This document shows positions 63,390-64,000 of a stretch of 64,000 nucleotides of DNA, one piece after another (position 1 is the first letter of the stretch; every line of letters starts with the position of its first letter). Location: the IMG/VR virus record IMGVR_UViG_3300028490_000005, positions 1-64,000 of that record; one strand, 5' to 3'. Below the pieces are notes generated by a model that had not been told where the DNA came from, did not search any database, and saw only the letters and a program-made list of their open reading frames with translations. The translations under genes and the position numbers were made by a program. The DNA is from a virus.

Positions 63390-64000
63390 ATGAAAGGAAT
63401 AATTTTAAGTAAAGGAACAAAGAGTGAGTTTGAATCAATGAACATCACTGATAGAATTTCGGGAACTGTTGTTCTCGCTACTGATACAAACGAAGTAGGA
63501 GTTATATCCTCTGAAAAACTCTATATATGGAGAAAATGGCAAGAAGGTGATTCAAATTCACTTAAACATGATGGGGAACTGATTACTCTAGACGACGGTG
63601 GGTTATTCGTTGACAGTGATGGTAATGAACATTATCTAGATAACGGAGAGTTGTTACCAGTTGAAATTGGAATCAGTGAACAAAGAGCTAATGAAATTCT
63701 AGAACCTAATTGGCATAATGCTCAGGACTTCCCGTTTATTGGTCAATATGACAATTTAGTAACTGCAACAGTTACTAAAGATGAAGATATCATTACAAAT
63801 ACTTATGTTGATGATGTATTGGTTGCCGATAATATTCAACAAAAAGGAAAAGTGATTGGAAACATAGACTTTTCAGAAGCTGGAATCAACTCAAAGACTA
63901 TAGTGAATTTAAACTACCTTATGGAACACCCAGAAAAATTCCCTAATGAAGATCCTTGTGACAAAGGAATGGCTGGAGTGTTGTGGACACCAAACGGTGG
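63390..64000 (+). CDS. Tail fibre-like protein (partial, runs off the window)
   Basis: AAGGA RBS; MKGIILSKGT...GTVVLATDTNEVG...WR, similar to the 60546 N-terminus. Confidence 0.6.
   Translation, partial: MKGIILSKGTKSEFESMNITDRISGTVVLATDTNEVGVISSEKLYIWRKWQEGDSNSLKHDGELITLDDGGLFVDSDGNEHYLDNGELLPVEIGISEQRANEILEPNWHNAQDFPFIGQYDNLVTATVTKDEDIITNTYVDDVLVADNIQQKGKVIGNIDFSEAGINSKTIVNLNYLMEHPEKFPNEDPCDKGMAGVLWTPNG

Noticed and set aside
1-64000. Stop-codon reassignment
   Set aside because: TAA, TAG and TGA all end well-delimited genes, and core genes are intact in the standard code

Overview
A 64-kb, AT-rich, almost entirely + strand segment of a large T4-like (Tevenvirinae-related) lytic phage. The host is probably a Campylobacterota species, inferred from TTAAG-N6-TTAAG...TATAAT promoters without a canonical -35, AAGG ribosome-binding sites and a dimeric dUTPase. 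It carries the replication/recombination core: clamp loader small subunit, gp41 helicase, a family-B DNA polymerase split into two genes 2.8 kb apart, UvsY, UvsW, sliding clamp, gp32, RNase H and primase. It also carries a GDP-fucose pathway with a GT11 fucosyltransferase, tRNA/ribosome-rescue genes, two homing endonucleases, many small early genes behind a repeated promoter cassette, and the start of a tail-fibre/LRR region. Most notable: (1) a thymidine-hypermodification gene set (dUMP hydroxymethylase-like TS, clade 1 and clade 2 aGPT-PPlases, glutamine amidotransferase, a GNAT-amidoligase-kinase fusion, 2OG-Fe dioxygenase), in which three enzymes end in the same xxEW[LMFI] peptide as the polymerase and RNase H, suggesting docking on the sliding clamp; (2) an unannotated 249-nt tmRNA-like RNA lacking the alanine G3:U70 determinant and encoding a tag without the Ala-Ala degron; (3) a tandem array of small late genes sharing an ML[KR]EI[IVL]E leader, resembling a capsid-targeting signal. 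All protein calls come from motif recognition by eye; no database searches were run.
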